From the IMG/VR virus record IMGVR_UViG_3300033182_000980, positions 124,001-188,000 of that record: a stretch of 64,000 bases of DNA; one strand, given 5' to 3'. Positions 55,106 through 63,582 of this stretch are shown here, piece after piece. Within the stretch, counting starts at the first letter, position 1; each line of letters opens with the position of its first letter. The translations under genes were made by a program, and so were the position numbers. A model generated the notes under the pieces. The model was not told where the DNA came from, searched no databases, and was given only the letters and a program-made list of their open reading frames with translations.

Positions 55106-55398
55106 ATACGAGTGGACAATCTGGGCTCACTACGAAGGGTATAAAGAGATTGATGTTGATGAACACCCAGAGCTTTTAGAGAAGATCAAAGACAACTTTG
55201 AATCTGTCGAGGACTTACAAACTGACATGAATACATGGGACTATGTATGTGAGGATATTTGTGAGATCGAAGGTGAACATCTTGTATCTGATGAGTGGTG
55301 TAAGGGTGGGGGTTAATCAGATGCCATTCAAGATTGAACTGACAAACATTGAGTTTGATGAACTGTTGCATCCAGAGGAGGATGAAGAAGATGAGTAA
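55083..55398 (+). pseudogene. Acidic paralog B, frameshifted at a G5 run
   Basis: Stops at 55316; removing one G at 55308-55312 restores ...WCKGGVNQMPFKIE...EEDE, collinear with paralog A. Confidence 0.65.
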
Positions 55399-55573
55399 TG
55401 AAGTAAACCTATACGCTATCTTGTCGGATAAGGGAGAGGTGATTAAGACCTCACATGGATTGTACTACTTTACGAGGTCAAAGGCTCGTGAAGCTCGGAA
55501 AGAGGTTGAGGGTAAGGCTCGCATTGTGAAGCGTTCTTATAATGCCAACAGCACATGGGTGACAGCAAAATGA
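55391..55573 (+). CDS. Hypothetical protein
   Basis: MSNEVNLY start overlapping the upstream stop. Confidence 0.55.
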   Translation: MSNEVNLYAILSDKGEVIKTSHGLYYFTRSKAREARKEVEGKARIVKRSYNANSTWVTAK

Positions 55574-55797
55574 GAGCACTTGAGCGACAACATCTAGGTC
55601 AGCTTTTCATTTACTGCATCAACAATGATGTACCTAAAGAAGAAATCGGTGCAATCATGTGGTGGGTGTGTGAGAACAACTTGTTCTTAAAGAGAGACAT
55701 TCAGAGCAAGCTCTCCAAAGAGCCTTTGAAAGACCACCCTTATGCCTTGATTGTGCGTGAAGCAGAAGATTGCAACGCATTTGGTATAAGAGGGTAG
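55570..55797 (+). CDS. Hypothetical protein
   Basis: ATGA overlap. Confidence 0.55.
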   Translation: MRALERQHLGQLFIYCINNDVPKEEIGAIMWWVCENNLFLKRDIQSKLSKEPLKDHPYALIVREAEDCNAFGIRG

Positions 55798-55840
55798 TAG
55801 ACAAGCCACATTGTCTTGTATAGTGTGGCATTCAAGCGAT

Positions 55841-55922
55841 GCCTAGATGGTGGAATCGGTATACACAGGAGACTTAAAATCTCCCGACTTCGGTCTTGTG
55901 GGTTCGAGTCCCACTCTAGGTA
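55841..55922 (+). tRNA. tRNA-Leu(TAA)
   Basis: Class II cloverleaf; GGAGA-CTTAAAA-TCTCC. Confidence 0.95.
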
Positions 55923-55927
55923 TTTAA

Positions 55928-56000
55928 GGGCCTGTAGCTCAGTGGTCAGAGCGACCGTCTCATAAACGGTTGGTCATGGGTTCAATCCCCATCGGGCCCA
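55928..56000 (+). tRNA. tRNA with CAT anticodon (elongator Met or Ile2)
   Basis: ACCGT-CTCATAA-ACGGT; G1:C72 is paired, so not an initiator. Confidence 0.9.
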
Positions 56001-56059
56001 CTATTTATCTACTCGCTAAATGCTAATCATATAAAGGTGGGTGTAAAAAAAACTACAAG

Positions 56060-56812
56060 ATGAAAGGTGATTGTATGAGGGTCTTATTTTTCTCTGTTCT
56101 ACTTATGGCGTGTGGCGAGATTGAGGAGAACGAACCTCCTGTCATAGAGGGGGATAGGTACTTTACAGCTCCCTTCTGTTTGGACACTGACGGGTACTAC
56201 CCACCCGCAGATTTCGTTAGCGGACGGGGCTACAATTGTGAAGCCACTCGTATTGAGCTTGTTAGCCCATGTAAAGGGGACGAGATCTATACATTCGCCA
56301 CAACACAGGACACCCCTTATTTGAACCAGTTTGTCTATTGTGAATATGACGCACAAGGTAGACCTACTAGGGAAGTAGGTCTTGGTTTCTCAGCGGCATA
56401 TTCGGGGTTTGGTCTTTGGGAATACTATCCTTCTTCCTATAATGACGAGAGGGAACGACAACGCCCGTCATTCAAGGATTACCTTGATTATCGTTGGGAT
56501 TATGAGTGCGTGTCTCAATGCTATACAGATGACCTTTCTAGGCAAGATTACCGAGGTTGTATTGCAGATTGGGCAGAGGCTGATGTGTCCTGGTCTTTAG
56601 ATCGTATTGACGGTTGTGGTGTGGGTACTGCTTACTACCTCTATGACTATGATTGGTATGATGACAAGGTGGTTAGACACCTAAGAAACTACAACATCGA
56701 CCGTAGTATCGTAGATGATATGGGTAATATCGTCTTGGAGTATGGTGCTATTAACTATGATCTACCGTATGGTTCTGGAACTAACCTACCCGTAGCATTT
56801 TATAAGGAGTAA
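56060..56812 (+). CDS. Putative Cys/Tyr-rich lipoprotein
   Basis: Lipobox-like LLMAC. Confidence 0.6.
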   Translation: MKGDCMRVLFFSVLLMACGEIEENEPPVIEGDRYFTAPFCLDTDGYYPPADFVSGRGYNCEATRIELVSPCKGDEIYTFATTQDTPYLNQFVYCEYDAQGRPTREVGLGFSAAYSGFGLWEYYPSSYNDERERQRPSFKDYLDYRWDYECVSQCYTDDLSRQDYRGCIADWAEADVSWSLDRIDGCGVGTAYYLYDYDWYDDKVVRHLRNYNIDRSIVDDMGNIVLEYGAINYDLPYGSGTNLPVAFYKE

Positions 56813-56815
56813 AAC

Positions 56816-57253
56816 ATGAATAAGTTCGTATCAAAGCTAGGTCGCTTTAACTTCACAATCCACAATGTTGTCGCTCACCCCTTAATGGAGGTTTTACACC
56901 TTGTAGGTCTTACGGAGTGGGGGGATAAGGTACATGACGCTACTTACCCCATTCGTGAGGAAGATGATGAACCTCTAACAGCGATTGAGGCAGTGGTCAT
57001 TGAGAATCCAGAAGAAATCGAGTCAGCTCAACCCAAGCCACAATCAGAGGTTTCTGTTGATCACCATGAGACTATTCGTTTGTTCTCGGAGTGGTGTCAA
57101 TGTATGGGTGTAGAAATCCCATTTGACTGGCAGAAGACCCCACATCAGATCAACGAACAGATGCAACAGCTTGTGATCGAGTATAAGACAATGGTGGAGC
57201 GAGGGACAATCATGGAGGCTCGCCAAGCGTTCAAGGACTCTATTAGTCTTTAA
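56816..57253 (+). CDS. Hypothetical protein
   Basis: W(T/I)HN.VAHPL.E pattern; RBS AAGGAG. Confidence 0.65.
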   Translation: MNKFVSKLGRFNFTIHNVVAHPLMEVLHLVGLTEWGDKVHDATYPIREEDDEPLTAIEAVVIENPEEIESAQPKPQSEVSVDHHETIRLFSEWCQCMGVEIPFDWQKTPHQINEQMQQLVIEYKTMVERGTIMEARQAFKDSISL

Positions 57254-57744
57254 TCGACACAGATAAGACCGAAGAAGAAGCAAACAGGAATGCCTTGTGC
57301 TCGTTGTGGTTGATCTTGGTAGGGTTGACCACCTTGTCGTTGTTGCTGTCGTTGCTGGATCTGTTGTTGCATTTGGATTCTTTGATTTAGTTTTTGAAGG
57401 CAAGCCACATCACCTCTACAAGCGAGTCTTTCAGCTTCTTCGTCTGTCAGCTCGCATTGGGGGCTGACATAGCTTTCGGGGGGTAAAACCTTTGGCTCAT
57501 GCTCGTATGGGAAACGCTCTGGTGGAATCACTTCATACCCATCCTCGTAAAGATCCCAAGGATCATCCGACAGCAAGATTTCTAATAGCTCATCGTTTGT
57601 AGGCTTCATTTCAAATCTGCATAGGGGGTTTGGGTCATATTCAACTGTCTTACATCCCCAAGCATCACAAGGTAGTTTTTGAGGATTAGCCCCACAAGAT
57701 GAAAGGGTTAGAGCTAAAAGCGTAAGAGTTATGACTTTTTGCAT
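57250..57744 (-). CDS. Putative lipoprotein with Gln-rich tract
   Basis: Lipobox-like LSSCG. Confidence 0.6.
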   Translation of the reverse strand: MQKVITLTLLALTLSSCGANPQKLPCDAWGCKTVEYDPNPLCRFEMKPTNDELLEILLSDDPWDLYEDGYEVIPPERFPYEHEPKVLPPESYVSPQCELTDEEAERLACRGDVACLQKLNQRIQMQQQIQQRQQQRQGGQPYQDQPQRAQGIPVCFFFGLICVD

Positions 57745-57804
57745 GACATTTCCTTTATTGTAGTATCTACTGTTTTATACCCAATAGGTTATAAAGGAAC
57801 TACA

Positions 57805-58074
57805 ATGAAACCAGACTACGATCATGGTGACATCTTAATCAAGCGAGTAGCTAACGGATGGCTTGTCGTATCCGGATCAGAACACGAAGAGGGTGCTACA
57901 CAAGTCTTTGTTTATGAGGACAAAGAGAACCCTAATTGGATAGCCGAGTCTCTTTATAATCTCTTACTTGATCAGTTCGCCCCTTATATGCAATCAAAGA
58001 GGTCGGCTGGTATTAAAATGAGCTTTTCGCATAAAACGAAGGAGGAAGAAGATGGAGATAACGAGACAACTTGA
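57805..58074 (+). CDS. Hypothetical protein
   Basis: IKRVANGWLV pattern; RBS AAAGGA. Confidence 0.6.
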   Translation: MKPDYDHGDILIKRVANGWLVVSGSEHEEGATQVFVYEDKENPNWIAESLYNLLLDQFAPYMQSKRSAGIKMSFSHKTKEEEDGDNETT

Positions 58075-58309
58075 AGAGTTTGAGGCTGTACAATACATAG
58101 GTGATAACGCGGATGAGGTGATCACCTTTATCGGCCTTGAAGCTAAGGTCAATGACAACTGCATTACAGTCATTGACCCTACAGGGGAATGGTCAGTTTT
58201 CGTTGACCAATGGGTCTTGAGAACCCTCGACCAAGAAATCTTAGGTACTGTGGATAAAGATCACTTTTGGGAGAGCTTCGCTACAGTAGATGAGCCTTTA
58301 GAAGATTAG
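58052..58309 (+). CDS. Hypothetical protein
   Basis: EAVQY.GDN..EV..F pattern common in phage small proteins. Confidence 0.6.
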   Translation: MEITRQLEEFEAVQYIGDNADEVITFIGLEAKVNDNCITVIDPTGEWSVFVDQWVLRTLDQEILGTVDKDHFWESFATVDEPLED

Positions 58310-59088
58310 TAAGTCTTGCTAGAAAGGTTCATTAAAGCTCTCTCTCTGTTAAGTCGATCAAGTCTATTATCGAGCTTCTTGATCTCTTTTTTTAGAGCGT
58401 TCAGTCCAAGATCCTTCCATCTTGAATACTCACCCTCATCTGGTTCGAAGATTTCGATCTCCTCATAGAGTTTGGAGTATTGATCGTATGCTTTATCAAA
58501 CTCCCTCTCGGCATAAGAGTCCATTTCTCTCATCTTGTGATACTCTTCGGGATCTTCCCACTCGGTTCTACCGTAGTCTCGGCTTTCAAGGTAAGACATA
58601 TCAAGATCCTCTTCTCGGAGATCCTTTTTCAAAGCACGATCATTAAAGTGATTGAACCCTCGTGGGTTTAAGTGCTTCTTTAAGAGGTCGATCTTTGTGT
58701 CCGACTTATCACCTACGATGAACCTTTCAACTTGAGGTCGTCTACCCGACATATCTACAAGAGCGAAAGCGTTATTGATGTAGCTACCTCCTGGAGACTC
58801 GTACATATCGGGAGCTTCGACCTCATATGTAGCACCTACACCAAAGACAACCACATATCCTTGCCCCTGTGAAACAGCGACAATTTGAGGGTCTATTAAG
58901 TCCTCAAATGGTTTTGGTGCGAAGTGCTCCATCTCATCCATTTCCGACATTTTAAAGTGATCTAGCAAGCGATCAAGTCCAAGAACTTGAAGTTGCTTGA
59001 GTTCGCTTCGCTTGTACACATGGTCATAAAATGACTCAAGAGCACTGATGATTTGTTTTACGGTTTTACGGTTGATGTTCATATTCAT
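58306..59088 (-). CDS. Hypothetical protein with C-terminal coiled coil
   Basis: RBS AAGGAG. Confidence 0.7.
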   Translation of the reverse strand: MNMNINRKTVKQIISALESFYDHVYKRSELKQLQVLGLDRLLDHFKMSEMDEMEHFAPKPFEDLIDPQIVAVSQGQGYVVVFGVGATYEVEAPDMYESPGGSYINNAFALVDMSGRRPQVERFIVGDKSDTKIDLLKKHLNPRGFNHFNDRALKKDLREEDLDMSYLESRDYGRTEWEDPEEYHKMREMDSYAEREFDKAYDQYSKLYEEIEIFEPDEGEYSRWKDLGLNALKKEIKKLDNRLDRLNRERALMNLSSKTY

Positions 59089-59094
59089 CTCCTT

Positions 59095-59814
59095 TTAGAT
59101 TCGGTACTGCAAACGCAAAGCGTTGTAGGTTCGTTGTTCTTGTTTTGAGGGTGCAATACCATCACGAGCTTTTAGACCTAAGTCTTTGATTGTTTCCATG
59201 TCATCACGATTGCCCTCAGATCGTGCCTTGCGATAGAGATCACGCAACTTCTCTACATCGAGTGCGTTTGAGGTTGTAGAGGTAGATCGAGTACGATTAG
59301 CTTTGACAGCCTCAAGGATATAACGCTCTTGGTTAGCCCATAGAACGCTTCCACCTTCAAGGGCATCTCGGCTTTTGATGATCTCCCTATCAGAACCACC
59401 GTTCGGGAGAGAGTCGATCATGCCGAGCCACTTGGCTTTATATCCAGCTCGGTCAGCGATCTTCTCATAAAACTCGTCTTTGTCCTCATAGATTGAGATC
59501 CAATGATCGACACCTTTCTTCCAAGTCACTTTCCAGTTCTTGGTGCGTTGGAAGTATTTGCGATCACGAGCCTTACGGTTCAACAAAGACCCATCCACAC
59601 GAGAGACAAGACTAAGGTTCATTGAAGCATTACCTTTAGATACTGAACCACCTGTATCTTTTTGTGTTGATGAGAGCTTCACAGCTACACGATCTGACAG
59701 GTGGATTAGATATACACCTGCTCTGCCTGCAACTCGACTCCATGAGCCGAAGCTAGATGAGAGCCAACCTTCAAGGTCTTGTCTGCTGATATTTACATAG
59801 TCTTGCCGAGCCAT
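59095..59814 (-). CDS. Hypothetical protein
   Basis: RBS AGGAG; both motif A and a motif-B variant upstream. Confidence 0.7.
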   Translation of the reverse strand: MARQDYVNISRQDLEGWLSSSFGSWSRVAGRAGVYLIHLSDRVAVKLSSTQKDTGGSVSKGNASMNLSLVSRVDGSLLNRKARDRKYFQRTKNWKVTWKKGVDHWISIYEDKDEFYEKIADRAGYKAKWLGMIDSLPNGGSDREIIKSRDALEGGSVLWANQERYILEAVKANRTRSTSTTSNALDVEKLRDLYRKARSEGNRDDMETIKDLGLKARDGIAPSKQEQRTYNALRLQYRI

Positions 59815-59853
59815 ACTCTGTTCTCCTAAGTTTATTCGTTGGTGGGACTAGTC

Positions 59854-59870
59854 TATAGATAAGGGGTTAC
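59854..59870 (-). promoter_or_regulatory. Motif A
   Basis: Exact copy. Confidence 0.65.
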
Positions 59871-59942
59871 GACTATAATCCGACTATAAATAAGTTATTA
59901 AAGTTGTTCGGGGGGTAGAGTAAGGGCAGAAGAAGTCATATA

Positions 59943-60674
59943 ATGTACATAGTTCAATCTTTTACGGAGCTACTTATGGTTCACTACTTGTTTTCTTTTA
60001 TCTTCCTTTTAACGAGCGTTTCAGCCTATGCACTAGAGTGTGCAGAAGATGTTGAAGTGTTAAATGCCACATCGTCTTGTCAGACCTCGTACTATAAGTA
60101 TGCACCTACCTGTAAGTTTGGTGACGGTCTTTGTCTCTCGCTTGTCCTTCAAGGTCTTGTGTCCAAAAATCTTTTCGACTACCGACCCGACATACGAAGG
60201 GTCTACAACACACCTTTGAAAAGAAAGGTGTTCTCAAGGACAGAGGAGTACAAAAGGCTTTACCGAGCTATGCTTTCTGACTTGAGAGAGGCATCTTCAG
60301 CCGAGTTTTGTTCAACAATGAATACTTACTGGCTTTATGATGTGAACTTTGGCGGATTTACTTTCTTGCCGAACACACTCATACCTAAAGGCAGACTTTA
60401 TCGACTGACCAATATCTCAAAAGTGGCGAACTACGATATTATTAGGACATCCGAGTCCACAGCGACAGACATAGAGTCTTGGGAAACACAGGCTTCAATG
60501 AAGCTGGCTTTCTTCAAGCTGAGTAAGCAAACGAGTGGTTATGTAGATGTTGCTTTAACTCACTTTGTATGGCTTATTCCTACTGTCTCTTATGATTATG
60601 AGGGTGAGATACAGATTTCTTATGAGGAGGGTTGTAGATCACCCTCTTATTATCTTTTTAAGGTAGGTCAATGA
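59943..60674 (+). CDS. Putative secreted Cys-containing protein
   Basis: Signal-peptide-like LFSFIFLLTSVSAYA. Confidence 0.55.
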   Translation: MYIVQSFTELLMVHYLFSFIFLLTSVSAYALECAEDVEVLNATSSCQTSYYKYAPTCKFGDGLCLSLVLQGLVSKNLFDYRPDIRRVYNTPLKRKVFSRTEEYKRLYRAMLSDLREASSAEFCSTMNTYWLYDVNFGGFTFLPNTLIPKGRLYRLTNISKVANYDIIRTSESTATDIESWETQASMKLAFFKLSKQTSGYVDVALTHFVWLIPTVSYDYEGEIQISYEEGCRSPSYYLFKVGQ

Positions 60675-61066
60675 AGAACCAGAATGCAGTCTTTGCAGTT
60701 ATGATGTTGCTTTTGATGTCTATGTTATTCTTTCTAACGAAGAATAACGCACCTAAATATAAGGTAGCTTTATGGAACATACCTTTGTCAAAAGGCTGTG
60801 TGTGGCCTATAAGACAAGTCAAGCACACTAAGACCGAGATCAAGCATATTGTGCCAGTGGCTCAAATCTACAAGTGCTCTTATGATAAGATCCATCGCTT
60901 AGTAAAGGTGAGCACCTTTGACTTTGAGCGAGGGTATCAAATGAAGATACCTACCGAAGAGGTTTTATACGAGTGGGATAAACTTAGGTTAACCCAGTAT
61001 TCTATTCGGAAGGCATCTCATGGTAATGGAGAGGTTGATGTAGAAATCTACACACTCCATCGCTGA
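60671..61066 (+). CDS. Membrane-anchored hypothetical protein
   Basis: N-terminal TM segment; ATGA overlap. Confidence 0.55.
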   Translation: MKNQNAVFAVMMLLLMSMLFFLTKNNAPKYKVALWNIPLSKGCVWPIRQVKHTKTEIKHIVPVAQIYKCSYDKIHRLVKVSTFDFERGYQMKIPTEEVLYEWDKLRLTQYSIRKASHGNGEVDVEIYTLHR

Positions 61067-61540
61067 TTACTTACGATTGCAAGGACCTCTTCCGCCACCT
61101 GGCTTTGGGCAGATTTTTCTCTTGTAAGTGGGTGAGTCCATGAAGTTTTCACGATACTTTTTATTGTACTTAGCTCTTTCGGGAGAACCTGGTTTTCCTG
61201 AATTTGCTTCTCCGTACTCATGGTGGAGTCGGTAGCAAGTCACACCATCACCAGGCTTGCCAAGACCTTCAAGGTTATCTTTGGTGTAGCAGTCTGCTTG
61301 GTTCTTGGGAGCAGGTGGGCTGTTATAATCGTTTTGGTTTTTGCTGTCCCCACCCCAAGGATTTCTCCCTGCTACTATGTCATCAGCCATGAACATACCA
61401 GCATCAATGTCGGCTTGTAGTTCAGCTAAGAAGGGGTCTGCATAGCGACTTGAGGCACTACGATTTGAGGGTGCTTGCCTCTCAAGGCGAGCCACACGAG
61501 CTTCAAGCTCACGAATAACTTCTGATGCTAATCTTCTCAT
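61067..61540 (-). CDS. Leader-tagged protein 6 (MRRLASEVIRELEARVARLERQA)
   Basis: Shared leader; RBS AAAGGAG; motif-B variant TAACTTATTTAT at 61583-61594. Confidence 0.85.
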   Translation of the reverse strand: MRRLASEVIRELEARVARLERQAPSNRSASSRYADPFLAELQADIDAGMFMADDIVAGRNPWGGDSKNQNDYNSPPAPKNQADCYTKDNLEGLGKPGDGVTCYRLHHEYGEANSGKPGSPERAKYNKKYRENFMDSPTYKRKICPKPGGGRGPCNRK

Positions 61541-61594
61541 AGCAATCTCCTTTGTGTGAATATGGACACAATAAGATTAAGTATAAATAAGTTA

Positions 61595-61855
61595 TTAAAA
61601 ATCTTCTTTCGCCATATAAGTCAGAGATTTCATTGATCTTATCTCATCTACAAAGGTCAGAGCTGGTACTCTTGAGGTACGATTAAAGTATTCTCTTTTA
61701 AGGTCTTTGAATGTGTGGTGCTTTTCAAAGACGAAGATCACTTTACGCCCCTCAAGCTCTGTTTTTAATAGCTCCATACCTGTGGTCTTTAAGTAAGCCG
61801 CAAAGTATAGATCAGAAGTCTTGTAAAGAGGTTCTGGCTTTATATCGGTATCCAT
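61595..61855 (-). CDS. DUF5659-like small phage protein
   Basis: Y.TSDLYFAAYL..G.......GRKV.FVF pattern. Confidence 0.6.
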   Translation of the reverse strand: MDTDIKPEPLYKTSDLYFAAYLKTTGMELLKTELEGRKVIFVFEKHHTFKDLKREYFNRTSRVPALTFVDEIRSMKSLTYMAKEDF

Positions 61856-61909
61856 AGTGTACGCCTTTGGTATTAAGGGTGATTTAACGCAACCCTATGA
61901 TACCAAAGA

Positions 61910-62131
61910 CTACTCTAAAAGAGAGGATAAAGCTGTCTGTGCTTTACGAACACCCTTATCGCTTGAGGGGATTTGAATGAGCTTATCTTTCTTATCCCAT
62001 TTAGCGATAAGGGGTCGATCACCCCATGTACCTCTTAGTTCATCACCGTCTGTGGTAAGTACACGCCCCTCGAAAGAGGAACGCTTTAAGAAAGCACCGA
62101 GAACTTTTTTATCTGAAAGGGCGATCTTCAC
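61910..62131 (-). CDS. Hypothetical protein
   Basis: GTG start with an AGGAG RBS. Confidence 0.5.
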   Translation of the reverse strand: MKIALSDKKVLGAFLKRSSFEGRVLTTDGDELRGTWGDRPLIAKWDKKDKLIQIPSSDKGVRKAQTALSSLLE

Positions 62132-62159
62132 CTTATCTCATCTCCTATTGAGTTTATGA

Positions 62160-62837
62160 TTATTGTGCAACGCCTGCACCATCATATACTACCACATAAG
62201 GATCAAGAGTAACATTATCAACTACTCGACTGCTCTTAAGTCCGAGGAGATCACCCTGTGCGAGAGAAATCCAAAAGCTAGAATCCTCTTCAACGATTGG
62301 GTTGAAGAAAGCACTAAAGCTAGATGCTTGATCTTCAACAGAGAGCCACTGTGGGTTGTTAACATTGTCCTCAAGGTCATAACCTGCTGGTACTGTAAAG
62401 GTAGCACCACCAAGAATCTGAAGGATGTTATTTACAGTAGCAGTTGAAGCTCCAAGACCAATGCCTGTACCTGCAAGACCTGGTAAAGCTGTGATGATTG
62501 GGTTGATGTCGCCAACTTCAAGATCGTTGCCTGCTCTCATCTCGGAAATCAAAGCCTCTGCAATAAGAACAGACTCGGCAGGTGTGATGTTTGCACCTAA
62601 AGCACCTTGGTCAAAAGTGACCAAGCAATAAGCGGCAAGACCACTTACAGTGCGAGAAACTACAGTACCATTAAGTACAGGTAGGGTAGGTGTCTCTACA
62701 ACACGAAGGTAGCGAGGACCTTGTGGTGCAGGGTCAACTACAGGGTTCGCCTGTGATCTGTTAGGCCACATATCTTTAACGATGAGTTGACCATTTGAAA
62801 TAGCTGTATCACGAATACAAATTACTGGACTAGCCAT
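62160..62837 (-). CDS. Putative virion structural protein (paralog 3)
   Basis: D.(W/F)P...Q...QGP.YL, GL.AY, IL.IL.G, V.Y..DG are shared across the trio. Confidence 0.6.
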   Translation of the reverse strand: MASPVICIRDTAISNGQLIVKDMWPNRSQANPVVDPAPQGPRYLRVVETPTLPVLNGTVVSRTVSGLAAYCLVTFDQGALGANITPAESVLIAEALISEMRAGNDLEVGDINPIITALPGLAGTGIGLGASTATVNNILQILGGATFTVPAGYDLEDNVNNPQWLSVEDQASSFSAFFNPIVEEDSSFWISLAQGDLLGLKSSRVVDNVTLDPYVVVYDGAGVAQ

Positions 62838-62849
62838 GAGTTAATCTCC

Positions 62850-63569
62850 TTATTGAATGAGTGAACCATCGTCTGCATAGCAAACAACGATTGGGTCTGG
62901 GTTGCCGTCTGAGTCCACAGCGGTTTGAGCCTTCTTGAGCTGACCCTTACGAGCAGAGATATAGAAGGAATCATAGAACTTGTTAAACAAGCTACTCGCA
63001 TCTGCTGGGTCAGAGAACCCATTGGCTACAGGTGCCGCAAGATCAGCTTCGGTAAATGCACCTGCGGCTGTCTCCACACGAGTGTTAGCAGGCAAGGTGA
63101 AAACCTTGTAACCCGAAACGATCTGCAAGATTTCTAATACAGTTGCAAAGGAATCCCCGTTACTTAGACCAGCACCAGCATCAACACCGTTAATGATGGC
63201 ATTGATGTCTTCTGCTGTAAGGCTTTGACCACTCCGAGTACGAGCGATGATCTGTGTAGCCATGTTGCTTGCGTCAGCAACAGCAGTAGCACCACCAGCC
63301 GCTGACTCAATAGTGCCAAGAAGGTAAGCCGCTAGACCTTGATACTCTGCGTCAGTCTCAACATCGTTATTTCCACGAAGCTGTGTGGCAACATCTTCGG
63401 TCACATCACGACCATGTGCGTAGAGGTACTGTGGTCCTTGGAAGTTAGGAGTGTAAACAGCACTTGATTGAGTCTTGTGAGGGAACAGATCGGTGATCTG
63501 AACAGCAACACGATGTTGACGCTCACCAGCAACCGAGTTAAGAACTTTATTAGCGATAAGAAATGGCAT
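62850..63569 (-). CDS. Putative virion structural protein (paralog 2)
   Basis: Same shared motifs; RBS AGGAG. Confidence 0.6.
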   Translation of the reverse strand: MPFLIANKVLNSVAGERQHRVAVQITDLFPHKTQSSAVYTPNFQGPQYLYAHGRDVTEDVATQLRGNNDVETDAEYQGLAAYLLGTIESAAGGATAVADASNMATQIIARTRSGQSLTAEDINAIINGVDAGAGLSNGDSFATVLEILQIVSGYKVFTLPANTRVETAAGAFTEADLAAPVANGFSDPADASSLFNKFYDSFYISARKGQLKKAQTAVDSDGNPDPIVVCYADDGSLIQ

Positions 63570-63582
63570 GGTTTATCTCCTA

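Noticed and set aside
5617-59870. Repeated 17-mers as a CRISPR array or att sites
   Set aside because: Copies are dispersed on both strands, always upstream of starts, with no regular spacers. No cas or integrase gene is in the window.
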